From the NCBI GenBank assembly GCA_964621075.1, contig CAZUKV010000008.1:1-33051 (forward strand): a DNA stretch of 33,051 bases, read 5' to 3'. The notes beneath the pieces are model-generated. The model did not search any database, was not told the DNA's origin, and saw only the letters and a program-made list of their open reading frames with translations. The position numbers were made by a program, and so were the translations under genes. Below are positions 1 through 8,516 of this stretch, piece after piece; position 1 is the first letter of the stretch; every line of letters begins with the position of its first letter. Source of the DNA: an uncultured bacterium (GTDB lineage: Bacteria > Macinerneyibacteriota > Macinerneyibacteria > Macinerneyibacteriales > Macinerneyibacteriaceae).

Positions 1-1363
1 CCATTATCAAAGAAGAACCTACCAGAAATGGAGGAATCCCCATATCAATTAATCTCGTTACTGTAGTTGAAGCATCATTAGCATGTATTGTTGAAAGAAC
101 TAGATGACCTGTTAGAGCTGCTCTTATAGCCACCTCAGCGGTTTCCTGATCTCTTATCTCTCCTACCATTATAATGTCAGGGTCCTGCCTTAAAATTGAT
201 CTTAATCCTTTTGCAAAACTTAAACCTGCTCTTTGATTAACCTGAACCTGGTTAACCCTATTGATATTATATTCTATTGGATCTTCTACTGTTACAATAT
301 TTTTTTCGGAAGTAATTATTTCTTTTAGAATGGAATATAGAGTAGTAGTTTTACCACTGCCTGTAGGTCCGGATACAAGAATTATTCCATAGGGTTTTTT
401 TATATTCTTCAAGAAAACTGATAAATCCTTAGAGCTTATACCCAATTTATTTAAATTCAAAAGTTTCTCTGATTTATTTAACAATCTCATTACAACTTTT
501 TCTCCAAATGATGTTGGAAGAGTTGAAACTCTTATATCAACATTACTATCTTTGTAACTAAAAGAAAACCTCCCATCGTGAGGCACTCTTTTTTCTGCTA
601 TATCAATATTTGATATGATTTTAATTCTGGAAATTATTGCCGCCTGTAATCTTTTTGGAGGTGTAATAATATCCTTCAATCTTCCATCAATTCTAAACCT
701 AACCTTTAAGGAACTTTTAGTTGGTTCTATATGAACATCAGTAGCTCTTTGATTTAATGCTTCAATTAAAACATAATTAACAAATTTAATAGCGGGAGCA
801 CTTTCTTCTTCGGTTATAGTAATTTCATCCTCTTCTTCTTCATCTTCCTTTTTTATATCCAACCCATTAATGCTATCATCTTCAATTTCTCTAACCTTTT
901 GAATCTCCGAATATAAATGCTGAATCCCTTTATTAATGGTTTCTTTGTTAGCAAGTAAAGATATAATATTTACATTCAATGTTTTTTTTATATTTTCTCT
1001 TTCGATTATATTTTCGGGATGTTCTGTAGCTATGTAAAGAGTATTATTATCTTCATCAAATCTAACTGGAAGTATTGAAAATCTTTCAGCGGTTTTTTTA
1101 GAAATAACATTAACAACATCTGGATTAATGTCATAAATATCATTTTCCTCTAAAACATCAACATTTAATTGTTTTGCTAACTCTTTCATGAATGTTTTTC
1201 TATCAATAAATCCAAGTTCAATTAGTGCTTCTCCAATTTTTACATCCTGTAATTCATGATAATTTAAAGCATCATTTAATTGTTCTCGTGTAATGTAATT
1301 CTTTTTTACAAGAATTTCTCCCATTCTTGAAAAAATATTTTTATATCTCCTGGGGTCTATCAT
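1..1363 (-). CDS. Type IV pilus assembly / type II secretion ATPase (PilB/GspE family), N-terminal ~454 aa; the C-terminus runs off the window start
   Basis: Reverse translation from the ATG at 1363-1361 gives MIDPRRYKNIFSRMGEILVKKNYITREQLNDALNYHELQDVKIGEALIELGFIDRKTFMKELAKQLNVDVLEEN, a GSPII_E N-terminal domain. A Walker A box VSGPTGSGKTTTLYS is encoded at ~330-372. The 3' end near position 1 encodes a GspE-like C-terminus (..IMVGEIRDQETAEVAIRAALTGHLVLSTIHANDA..). The ORF track omits it because it is partial. Confidence 0.85.
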   Translation of the reverse strand, partial: MIDPRRYKNIFSRMGEILVKKNYITREQLNDALNYHELQDVKIGEALIELGFIDRKTFMKELAKQLNVDVLEENDIYDINPDVVNVISKKTAERFSILPVRFDEDNNTLYIATEHPENIIERENIKKTLNVNIISLLANKETINKGIQHLYSEIQKVREIEDDSINGLDIKKEDEEEEDEITITEEESAPAIKFVNYVLIEALNQRATDVHIEPTKSSLKVRFRIDGRLKDIITPPKRLQAAIISRIKIISNIDIAEKRVPHDGRFSFSYKDSNVDIRVSTLPTSFGEKVVMRLLNKSEKLLNLNKLGISSKDLSVFLKNIKKPYGIILVSGPTGSGKTTTLYSILKEIITSEKNIVTVEDPIEYNINRVNQVQVNQRAGLSFAKGLRSILRQDPDIIMVGEIRDQETAEVAIRAALTGHLVLSTIHANDASTTVTRLIDMGIPPFLVGSSLIM

Positions 1364-1947
1364 AAACTACCTCTTTTTTTTATTTTTTTAGTAAGAAAAA
1401 TTACTTTTAAAATATTATTTTTTTTTCTTGAATACATTGGAGTATCAAGTATTTTTTTTATCTGCCAAAACGAAATTTTACCATAAGTAGACAATATTTT
1501 TTTTATTTTATCTTCAGTACTTAAATCTAAAACATAAGAGAAATCCCTAATTTTATCCTGAGAAGTTTCATCAATTTCATAGGCTGTAAATTCATTGTTT
1601 TTAAATGAATTTATAGCATTATCTTCATTTTTAAAATATTGAAAAACCTTGTCATAACCCAGAAGAGCGAAAACTATTTCAACATCATCCTGCATTTTTA
1701 AAATTTTAATATCCCCTTTTAATTTTTCAAGTTCATACTTATAATTTTTTAGAGTTTTCCATGCATTTGAAGCAACAAATTTGACTTTTTGCAAGTCAAG
1801 TAAAATTAAATATACATTGTTATTTATTAATTCGGTAACAGTACTCTTTAAATTATCAATATTGCTTGGATTAATATAGCCCTGAAGAGCTACTTTTGCG
1901 ATAATATTATCTTCTAAATAGTCAATATTGGTTATCAATTCAGGCAT
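1360..1947 (-). CDS. STAS-domain (anti-sigma-factor-antagonist-like) protein with an ~85-aa Lys-rich C-terminal extension
   Basis: 195-aa ORF. Residues ~15-110 follow the SpoIIAA-like pattern: IIAKVALQGYIN / VYLILLDLQKVKFVASNAWKTL / DIKILKMQDDVEIVFALLGYDKVF. The SD GAGG sits 6 nt before the ATG at 1947. Its TGA stop (1362-1360) overlaps the ATG (1363-1361) of the downstream ATPase as ATGA. Confidence 0.55.
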   Translation of the reverse strand: MPELITNIDYLEDNIIAKVALQGYINPSNIDNLKSTVTELINNNVYLILLDLQKVKFVASNAWKTLKNYKYELEKLKGDIKILKMQDDVEIVFALLGYDKVFQYFKNEDNAINSFKNNEFTAYEIDETSQDKIRDFSYVLDLSTEDKIKKILSTYGKISFWQIKKILDTPMYSRKKNNILKVIFLTKKIKKRGSL

Positions 1948-1968
1948 AGTTCCTCGCTTTTAAAATTA

Positions 1969-2011
1969 ATTATACTTATTTAAATTGTATCATCAAAATA
2001 TAATTTATCAA
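1969..2011 (-). promoter_or_regulatory. Candidate sigma70-type promoter for the STAS / PilB-like transcription unit
   Basis: On the minus strand there is TTGATG, 16 nt, TATAAT (plus 1991-1996 / 1969-1974), overlapped by TTGATA, 16 nt, TACAAT. It lies in the 69-bp gap after the cdaR stop, ~25 nt upstream of the ATG at 1947. Confidence 0.3.
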
Positions 2012-2016
2012 GTTTT

Positions 2017-2937
2017 TTATCTGATAATAATTTGAATCTTCTTTGGTGAATAATCAACTAATTCAACATTTTCAGGGTATTTTATTTTGGGTACGAGGTT
2101 ATAGTCACCTGGTGAATAATCTTCTAATTTGATAAAAACATCAATATTTTTTTTCAGTTCAATAATATTTTCAGAAACAGGAATTTTGAATTTTAAATTT
2201 ATTGTTTTGGGATATATTAAAGAATATTCCCCATCCACCCGAATTTTCACATTATCAATAGTAACACTTTTTAATTTAGCAACATTTATTTTAGCAAAAA
2301 TTTTTAAATTTTCATTTACCATTGATGTATTTGGAGGAAGCTTAAGTTTAACCTCTTTTTCCACGGGTTCTTTAATTCCAGAAATATTTATTGGATATGT
2401 TTCCACCTTATCAACTCTTTTTGGTCCTTTAATTAATAATTTTGAGGGTTTCAACTTAATATTATCAATCATTTTATAATCTTCTGGCAATTCACCAATA
2501 ATTTTGGGAATTATATCTACATTCTTTTCTACTTTTTCATCTATACTAATTTTCAATTCTTTATTTTCTTTTGTAGTTTGAATAACATTATAATTGTCTA
2601 TATTTTTTATATTATATTTAGAAATTTTTAATAAAAAAGAACCTTTTTCATAGCCATCCAAATTTACATCATAATAAAGATTTTGTTTTTTTATTCTGTA
2701 AATTTCTGTTCCTTTAGCTTTAATCACAAATGGAATTTTTATGGGATAATATTTTGCAATTACCAGATTTTTTGAAAGATTTCTAAATTTAACCGGTATT
2801 TTAATCTCCTGTGTTATAACCCTGTTTCTTACCGATGCTGTCCACCACAAAAGTGTAATTATTAATGCAAGTATTTTATAATTAATATTTTTAAAAAATA
2901 TTTTATAAATGAATGACTCTTTACCAAGTATTTTCAT
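2017..2937 (-). CDS. cdaR: YbbR-domain protein (CdaR-like regulator of the diadenylate cyclase), with an N-terminal TM helix
   Basis: 306 aa, with an N-terminal hydrophobic segment ILALIITLLWW and repetitive beta-rich YbbR-like modules. It overlaps the cdaA stop by 4 nt. The cdaA-cdaR order is conserved in many bacteria. Confidence 0.65.
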   Translation of the reverse strand: MKILGKESFIYKIFFKNINYKILALIITLLWWTASVRNRVITQEIKIPVKFRNLSKNLVIAKYYPIKIPFVIKAKGTEIYRIKKQNLYYDVNLDGYEKGSFLLKISKYNIKNIDNYNVIQTTKENKELKISIDEKVEKNVDIIPKIIGELPEDYKMIDNIKLKPSKLLIKGPKRVDKVETYPINISGIKEPVEKEVKLKLPPNTSMVNENLKIFAKINVAKLKSVTIDNVKIRVDGEYSLIYPKTINLKFKIPVSENIIELKKNIDVFIKLEDYSPGDYNLVPKIKYPENVELVDYSPKKIQIIIR

Positions 2938-3632
2938 TCCTGTTCCCTCTGCTTTGCTCCTTCTTTTACAATTTCTTTTGCTTTTTCCTGTAAAAGAAGA
3001 TCATAAAGCATATCTTCCAATTCTTCTTTTTCAACACCCCTGCTTATAAACTGTCCTTTATATGCATAAGATATTTTTTTAGTTTCTTCAGAAACTACAA
3101 TCACTCCAGCATCTGTTAATTCTGTTATCCCAAGAGCTGCCCTATGTCTTGTTCCATATTTTTTTGGAATATTACTACTTTCCGTTAATGGCAAAAGAGC
3201 TCTCGCTGCATGAATTTTATTATTTTTTATTAAAACAGCTCCATCATGAAGTGGTGTGTTTAGTGAAAAGATTGAAATTAACAATTCTTTCTTTGTTTTT
3301 GCATCAATGACTACTTCATTTTGAACATAATTTGTTAGATCCATATTTTTTTCAAATACTATTAAAGCACCAATTCTTTTTGATGACATCTCCATAACCG
3401 CATCAATAATTTGCTGAATATATTCTTCCTGTTCAACTACCTCTTTCCTGATAATTGATGAAAAAATAGGTAAATTTGCAATAGAAAATAATAACTTTCT
3501 AAATTCCGGTTGAAAATTGAAAACAAAGTAAAAAATTAACATATACTGAAATATCTTAACCAGTGATAAAAACATATTAAGATTCAACCATTCAGCTAAA
3601 AGATTTAAGAAAAGAATCATTAAAGCAATCAA
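2934..3632 (-). CDS. cdaA: Diadenylate cyclase CdaA (DAC domain). The true N-terminus very probably extends upstream to ~3755.
   Basis: DAC-domain motifs are present: ..SKRIGALIVFE.., ..TPLHDGAVLI.., GTRHRAALGITELTDAGVIVVSEETKKIS. The track start at 3632 is a TTG. The in-frame upstream sequence (3770-3633) encodes the conserved first TM segment of CdaA, IPLLTYIQSINLLDILDILIVYLFLYYIFISFKGLKAVQILLIAL (see findings). Confidence 0.9.
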   Translation of the reverse strand: MIALMILFLNLLAEWLNLNMFLSLVKIFQYMLIFYFVFNFQPEFRKLLFSIANLPIFSSIIRKEVVEQEEYIQQIIDAVMEMSSKRIGALIVFEKNMDLTNYVQNEVVIDAKTKKELLISIFSLNTPLHDGAVLIKNNKIHAARALLPLTESSNIPKKYGTRHRAALGITELTDAGVIVVSEETKKISYAYKGQFISRGVEKEELEDMLYDLLLQEKAKEIVKEGAKQREQE

Positions 3633-3756
3633 AAGAATTTGTACTGCTTTTAGCCCCTTAAATGAAATAAAAATATAATATAAAAACAGATAAACAATTA
3701 GAATATCAAGAATATCTAATAGATTTATACTCTGTATATAGGTTAAAAGAGGTATA

Positions 3757-4329
3757 TTAACTCCCTCCCTTTATTAAAAATAAAGCCTCTTCTCTTGTAG
3801 CTTTACTCTTAAAAACCCCTCTCATCGCAGAAGTAACAGTTTTTGAACCGGGTTTTTTTATTCCTCTCATTACCATGCATAAATGTTGTGCTTCTACAAT
3901 CACAAAAACACCCATGGGGTCTAAAAATTTCATAAGCATATCTGCAATTTGAGTAGTTAATCTTTCCTGCAGTTGTGGTGCTTTGGCAAGTGTATCAACA
4001 GCTCTTGCAATTTTACTCAATCCGGTAACTCTATTATTTTGAGGAATATATGCAACATGAGCAACACCAAAAAATGGTAGTAAATGATGTTCACACATTG
4101 AATAAAATGGTATATCTTTAACAAGAATCATTTCATCTTCATCGTAATCAGTGTGAAAATCCACCACAATTTTTTTTAAATCTTCTTCAGTTATATTTAT
4201 TCCTTCAAATATCTCCTCATACATATCAGCTATTCTATCAGGTGTATATTTTAAGCCTTCTCTTTTAGGGTTTTCTCCTATTGCCTCAATAAGAAGATTA
4301 ATTGATTTTTTTATTTTATCTTTATCCAT
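3757..4329 (-). CDS. folE: GTP cyclohydrolase I
   Basis: 190 aa with the CEHHLLPF motif, ..[17 protein letters not shown].. and ..HLCMVMRG..; the length is typical for the family. Confidence 0.92.
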   Translation of the reverse strand: MDKDKIKKSINLLIEAIGENPKREGLKYTPDRIADMYEEIFEGINITEEDLKKIVVDFHTDYDEDEMILVKDIPFYSMCEHHLLPFFGVAHVAYIPQNNRVTGLSKIARAVDTLAKAPQLQERLTTQIADMLMKFLDPMGVFVIVEAQHLCMVMRGIKKPGSKTVTSAMRGVFKSKATREEALFLIKGGS

Positions 4330-4335
4330 AAATTT

Positions 4336-6144
4336 TTAACTTTCCATTTCCAGTATTTCATCAATTTCATCAGAATTTAAAACTTCTTTTTTTATCAACT
4401 CTTCTGCAAGCTTTTCAATTTTAGATTTGCTTTCTTCTATAATTTCTTTTGTTTTTAAATATGCCTCTTTAACAAGATTTTCCACAGCTTCATCAACTCT
4501 TCTTGCAGTTTCTTCAGAAATATCTTTTTGTGTTCCAAGATCTCTACCTAAAAATACATGTTCTTTTTTTCTACCAAATGATAGCGGTCCCAATTCATCA
4601 CTCATTCCCCAATTAGATACCATCTTTCGGGCTATATCTGTTGCCCTATTTATATCATCCTGTGCTCCTGTACTAACTTCATTAAAAAATATTTCTTCTG
4701 CAGCTCTACCACCTAATAATCTGTGTAATTGAGCAAAAATATAACTTTTAGGATAGATATGTTTTTCATCAAGAGGTAAAAAATGTGTTACTCCAAGTGC
4801 TTTCCCTCTTGGAACAATTGTTACTTTATGAACAGGTTCTTCTTTAAGCATTTTTTTACCAATAAATGTATGTCCTGCTTCATGATAAGCAATTCTTTTT
4901 TTCTCCTCATCCTGTATTACAAGACTTTTTCTTGGTTTACCCATTAAAACTTTATCTTTAGCTTCTTCAAAGTCATCCATTTGAATAATATCTTTTCCTC
5001 TTCTGGCTGCTATTAAAGCTGCTTCATTTGCCATATTGGCAAGATCAGCTCCACTCATTCCTGGAGTAGATCTTGCAATAATTTCAAGATCAACATCATC
5101 ATCTAAAGGTTTTTCCTTGGTATGAATTTCTAATATTTTTTCTCTTCCTTTTGCATCAGGCATATCAACAACAACCTGCCTATCAAAACGTCCCGGTCTT
5201 AATAATGCTTTATCCAAAACATCAGGTCTATTAGTTGCTGCTAAAAGAATTATACCTTCATTTCTCTCAAAACCATCCATCTGAGATAGTAATTGGTTAA
5301 GAGTTTGTTCTCTTTCATCATGTCCGCCTCCAAGTCCAGCACCTCTTGCTCTTCCTACCGCATCTAATTCATCTATAAAAATAATAGCAGGTGAATGTTT
5401 TTTTGCCTGTTTGAAAAGGTCACGAACTCTTGAAGCTCCAACACCAACAAACATCTCAACAAAATCTGAACCACTTAAAGAAAGAAACGGAACATTTGCC
5501 TCACCAGCTACAGCTTTAGATAAAAGTGTTTTACCGGTTCCTGGAGGACCTACAAGAAGTATACCTTTAGGAATCTTTCCTCCTATTTTTCTGAACTTTT
5601 TAGGGTTTTTTAAAAATTCTATTACTTCCTCAAGCTCTTCTTTTGCTTCATCACAACCAGCAACATCATCAAAGGAAACATCAACATCCCCTTTTCCAAT
5701 CATCCTCGCCTTGCTTTTGCCAAATGTAAAAGCCTGATTTCCTTTTCCCTGCATCTTTCTTAAAAAATAAATAAAAAAAACAAATATAATTATAGTAGGT
5801 AATACGTATATTAAAAATAATTTAAAATCACCTGATGATGGCTGTTCTATTTTTATATTTGAATCTTTATCAAGTAATTTCTGTATTGAAAATTGATCAT
5901 TTTGGGGGACAATTGTCTTAAATTTAGTCGCACCATCTTCTATTTGATTTTTAAAAACCCCTTCAACTTCCATATCCTGAATCTTAACTTTTTGTACATT
6001 TCCCTTTTCTATGTAATTTATAAATTCACTATATGTTATATCAGCAGTTTTAGATTCACCCTGCCATGTTTCAATAAAATGAAAAAGCAGTAAAACTACA
6101 AAAAATAAAACAATCCATATTATACCATCTTTAATTTTTTTCAT
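4336..6144 (-). CDS. ftsH: ATP-dependent zinc metalloprotease FtsH
   Basis: 602 aa. N-terminal TM helices, AAA Walker [19 protein letters not shown], Walker [10 protein letters not shown], second region of homology, and the zinc motif HEAGHT. Confidence 0.95.
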   Translation of the reverse strand: MKKIKDGIIWIVLFFVVLLLFHFIETWQGESKTADITYSEFINYIEKGNVQKVKIQDMEVEGVFKNQIEDGATKFKTIVPQNDQFSIQKLLDKDSNIKIEQPSSGDFKLFLIYVLPTIIIFVFFIYFLRKMQGKGNQAFTFGKSKARMIGKGDVDVSFDDVAGCDEAKEELEEVIEFLKNPKKFRKIGGKIPKGILLVGPPGTGKTLLSKAVAGEANVPFLSLSGSDFVEMFVGVGASRVRDLFKQAKKHSPAIIFIDELDAVGRARGAGLGGGHDEREQTLNQLLSQMDGFERNEGIILLAATNRPDVLDKALLRPGRFDRQVVVDMPDAKGREKILEIHTKEKPLDDDVDLEIIARSTPGMSGADLANMANEAALIAARRGKDIIQMDDFEEAKDKVLMGKPRKSLVIQDEEKKRIAYHEAGHTFIGKKMLKEEPVHKVTIVPRGKALGVTHFLPLDEKHIYPKSYIFAQLHRLLGGRAAEEIFFNEVSTGAQDDINRATDIARKMVSNWGMSDELGPLSFGRKKEHVFLGRDLGTQKDISEETARRVDEAVENLVKEAYLKTKEIIEESKSKIEKLAEELIKKEVLNSDEIDEILEMES

Positions 6145-6173
6145 TCTACACTAACTCCTTCTCTTTTCTTCAA

Positions 6174-6201
6174 ATTTTAAATACTTTTCGCCTAAAGTCA
6201 A
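6174..6201 (-). promoter_or_regulatory. Candidate promoter for ftsH-folE-cdaA-cdaR
   Basis: Minus-strand TTGACT (6201-6196), 16 nt, TAAAAT (6179-6174), in the 119-bp gap upstream of the ftsH ATG. A GGAG SD lies ~11 nt before the start. Confidence 0.3.
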
Positions 6202-6263
6202 GTAAAAATGACTGTAAGAGAAGAACATTTATAAGGAAATAACAAACAATTTCAACTTAATTT

Positions 6264-7730
6264 TTAAAAATTTATACCAACACTCAGAGCACCCTGAACT
6301 CTTTCGGGTAAATTTTCTTCATCAAAATTAAATCCTGTATCCTTTGGTGACATAGCAATTCCTAAATCAATATTTATAATTTTAAAATCCAGTCCAAAAC
6401 CACCGGTAATCAGCATGTTAGACTTATCAAGTTTATTCTCAAGCCCGGGAGTTATTATTGAACCTGCTCTTAAATTTAAAAATTTAAATATGCAGAATTC
6501 AGCTCCAATACCAATATTTCTTATATCAGAATATTCGCCATCTCTTTTTGTTAAATCTGCATCTGCAGCAATTTTTATGTTCTGGGTTGGTTCCATCATG
6601 GCACCAATTCTAACTGAAGTTTCAGGTTTATAATTAGGTCTATCAATTCCGTTATTAGGTTTCCAATCGATTTCACCAGCAACAATGTTTCTTGCTGTAA
6701 TACCAACATGTAAAGTTTCAAGTAGTTTAACATAAACAGACATATCTATTCCATAAGTATTCCCTTTTAAAGGGTCATCAAATTTATCAAAAACATCATC
6801 GTTGTCATTAGTATCTGAAGAATCCTCTTTGAACTCCTCTACTCCAAATTGCTGATAATAATTATATCCATTTATCAATTTTATATTTCCACCTACAGAA
6901 AAACCAATTAATTTTTCTATGTTAATTTTTTTTGATAATGAAACCGCAATTTCATTTAGTAATATACCATCAACAGTAACTTTACTTTCATTATTATCTA
7001 TTCCAAAAGGAGATCCTGGTGAATTAATGTCATTTTCCTGAACAACAAGATAATCATATAAATTATCATATTCATCAGTTTCTAAAACACCTCTTGAATT
7101 TAAATCATTAAGAATAGTTTCTATTATTGCAGTAATCTCTGATTGAGTAGCAGAAGGATAGGCATTGCTTATTTCATTTCTGGATAAATATTCTGTTGGG
7201 ATTATTCTTGAAAATCTTGTATCAACAGACTCAGAATAAAATTGATTTGTTGAAGTAACAATAATTCCAAAACCCATATCAAAAAATAACTTTAAATCTT
7301 TAACTTTAAAAAAAGTTCCTCCATTTAAATTTAAATCTCCGCCAACTCCCGCATTATCAAATTCTGAAAATACACCCTTATAATGGTTGTAAAATTCTGT
7401 CAACTCATCAAGTTGTGCACTGTCAGTCCAGTTTAGAGAATTTTCAACATTACTTATAAATTCTTCATAATCCTCATCTAAATTATCCAGCATAGATATT
7501 TGTTCACTCATATTTTGCATAACTCCTGCACCTGCATCAAATTTAATTGAGAATATATTGTTATCAATGAAACTTAACTTAGCGGGATTCCAGTAAATAT
7601 TAGATACATTATTTGTTGAAGCAACACCAGTACCACCCATGGAAAGTGATCTTGCTCCCATTATTGGAAATGAATTTAATAAAACTACAATATTAAAAAA
7701 AATAATAAAAAATAATAGTATTTTTTTCAT
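6264..7730 (-). CDS. Outer-membrane beta-barrel protein, FadL/TraF-like family, with signal peptide and C-terminal Phe
   Basis: 488 aa. Signal peptide MKKILLFFIIFFNIVVLLNS. The N-terminal motif GARSLSMGGTGVAS..NPA is typical of FadL/TraF-like barrels. There are alternating amphipathic beta-strands, and the C-terminus ..GALSVGINF ends in Phe. An acidic insert EDSSDTNDNDDVFDKFDD is present. Confidence 0.5.
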   Translation of the reverse strand: MKKILLFFIIFFNIVVLLNSFPIMGARSLSMGGTGVASTNNVSNIYWNPAKLSFIDNNIFSIKFDAGAGVMQNMSEQISMLDNLDEDYEEFISNVENSLNWTDSAQLDELTEFYNHYKGVFSEFDNAGVGGDLNLNGGTFFKVKDLKLFFDMGFGIIVTSTNQFYSESVDTRFSRIIPTEYLSRNEISNAYPSATQSEITAIIETILNDLNSRGVLETDEYDNLYDYLVVQENDINSPGSPFGIDNNESKVTVDGILLNEIAVSLSKKINIEKLIGFSVGGNIKLINGYNYYQQFGVEEFKEDSSDTNDNDDVFDKFDDPLKGNTYGIDMSVYVKLLETLHVGITARNIVAGEIDWKPNNGIDRPNYKPETSVRIGAMMEPTQNIKIAADADLTKRDGEYSDIRNIGIGAEFCIFKFLNLRAGSIITPGLENKLDKSNMLITGGFGLDFKIINIDLGIAMSPKDTGFNFDEENLPERVQGALSVGINF

Positions 7731-7761
7731 AATGCCCCCTTATAATTAAAAACAATAATTT

Positions 7762-7790
7762 ATTATACATTAAAATGATTGATTTTACAA
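7762..7790 (-). promoter_or_regulatory. Candidate promoter for the outer-membrane protein gene
   Basis: Minus-strand TTGTAA (7790-7785), 17 nt, TATAAT (7767-7762). The SD AAGGGGG lies just before the ATG at 7730. Confidence 0.35.
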
Positions 7791-7794
7791 TAAA

Positions 7795-7828
7795 AAAAAG
7801 GACGGGAAAAGCCGCCCTTTAAGAAATT
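7795..7828 (-). terminator. Rho-independent terminator after the UPF0173 hydrolase gene
   Basis: Minus strand reads AAAGGGCGGCTTTTCCCGTCCTTTTTTTT: a GC-rich imperfect stem (aaagg-a-cggg / cccg-ccttt) followed by a T8 run. It sits immediately after the stop at 7831. Confidence 0.55.
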
Positions 7829-7830
7829 AT

Positions 7831-8505
7831 TTAAATATTTAATTTTTCTCCTGGTTTTATATATATTGATTCCATGCCTCTATGTTTAATTTTTCTTGTA
7901 AATTCTTCTGGAGAAGTGTTAATAACATCAAATGTATTAAAATGAATTGGTATAACAGTTCTGGGAGATATAAATTCAGCAGCTTTTAATGCATCCTGTA
8001 TATCCATTGTAAAATTCCCTCCAATAGGAAGAAATGCATAATCAATTTTATATGGTTTTAACAACTTCATATCCATTGTCAATCCAGTATCTCCTGCAAA
8101 ATAAAATCTTATACCTTCTGTTTCCCATAAAAAACCACAGGGATTTCCCAAATATATAATTTCACTATCGGTAATCAAACCTGAACCATGAACAGCATTA
8201 ACAAGCTTAAGCCAGCCAAAATCAAAATCAAATTTCCCTCCTATGTGCATTGGATGAGTTTTGGCCCCATTCATTGAACAAAATTTTGCAAGTTCAAATG
8301 GAGCTATCACGGTAGCTCCACTTCTTTTTGCAATGTCAAAACAATCTCCTAAATGGTCACCATGTCCATGAGAAACCAAAATAAAATCAGGAGTGAAATC
8401 AAATTCCTCTTTTACCCATGGATTATTTGAAATAAATGGGTCAACCAATATATTATATTCTCCTTTAAAATATATCGCTGAATGTCCTAAGTAAAATATT
8501 TCCAT
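7831..8505 (-). CDS. UPF0173-family metal-dependent hydrolase (metallo-beta-lactamase fold)
   Basis: 224 aa. MEIFYLGHSA..ILVDPF and the HxHxDH-type motif SHGHGDHLGD are present, and the size is typical for the family. Confidence 0.75.
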   Translation of the reverse strand: MEIFYLGHSAIYFKGEYNILVDPFISNNPWVKEEFDFTPDFILVSHGHGDHLGDCFDIAKRSGATVIAPFELAKFCSMNGAKTHPMHIGGKFDFDFGWLKLVNAVHGSGLITDSEIIYLGNPCGFLWETEGIRFYFAGDTGLTMDMKLLKPYKIDYAFLPIGGNFTMDIQDALKAAEFISPRTVIPIHFNTFDVINTSPEEFTRKIKHRGMESIYIKPGEKLNI

Positions 8506-8516
8506 AAATTATCCTT

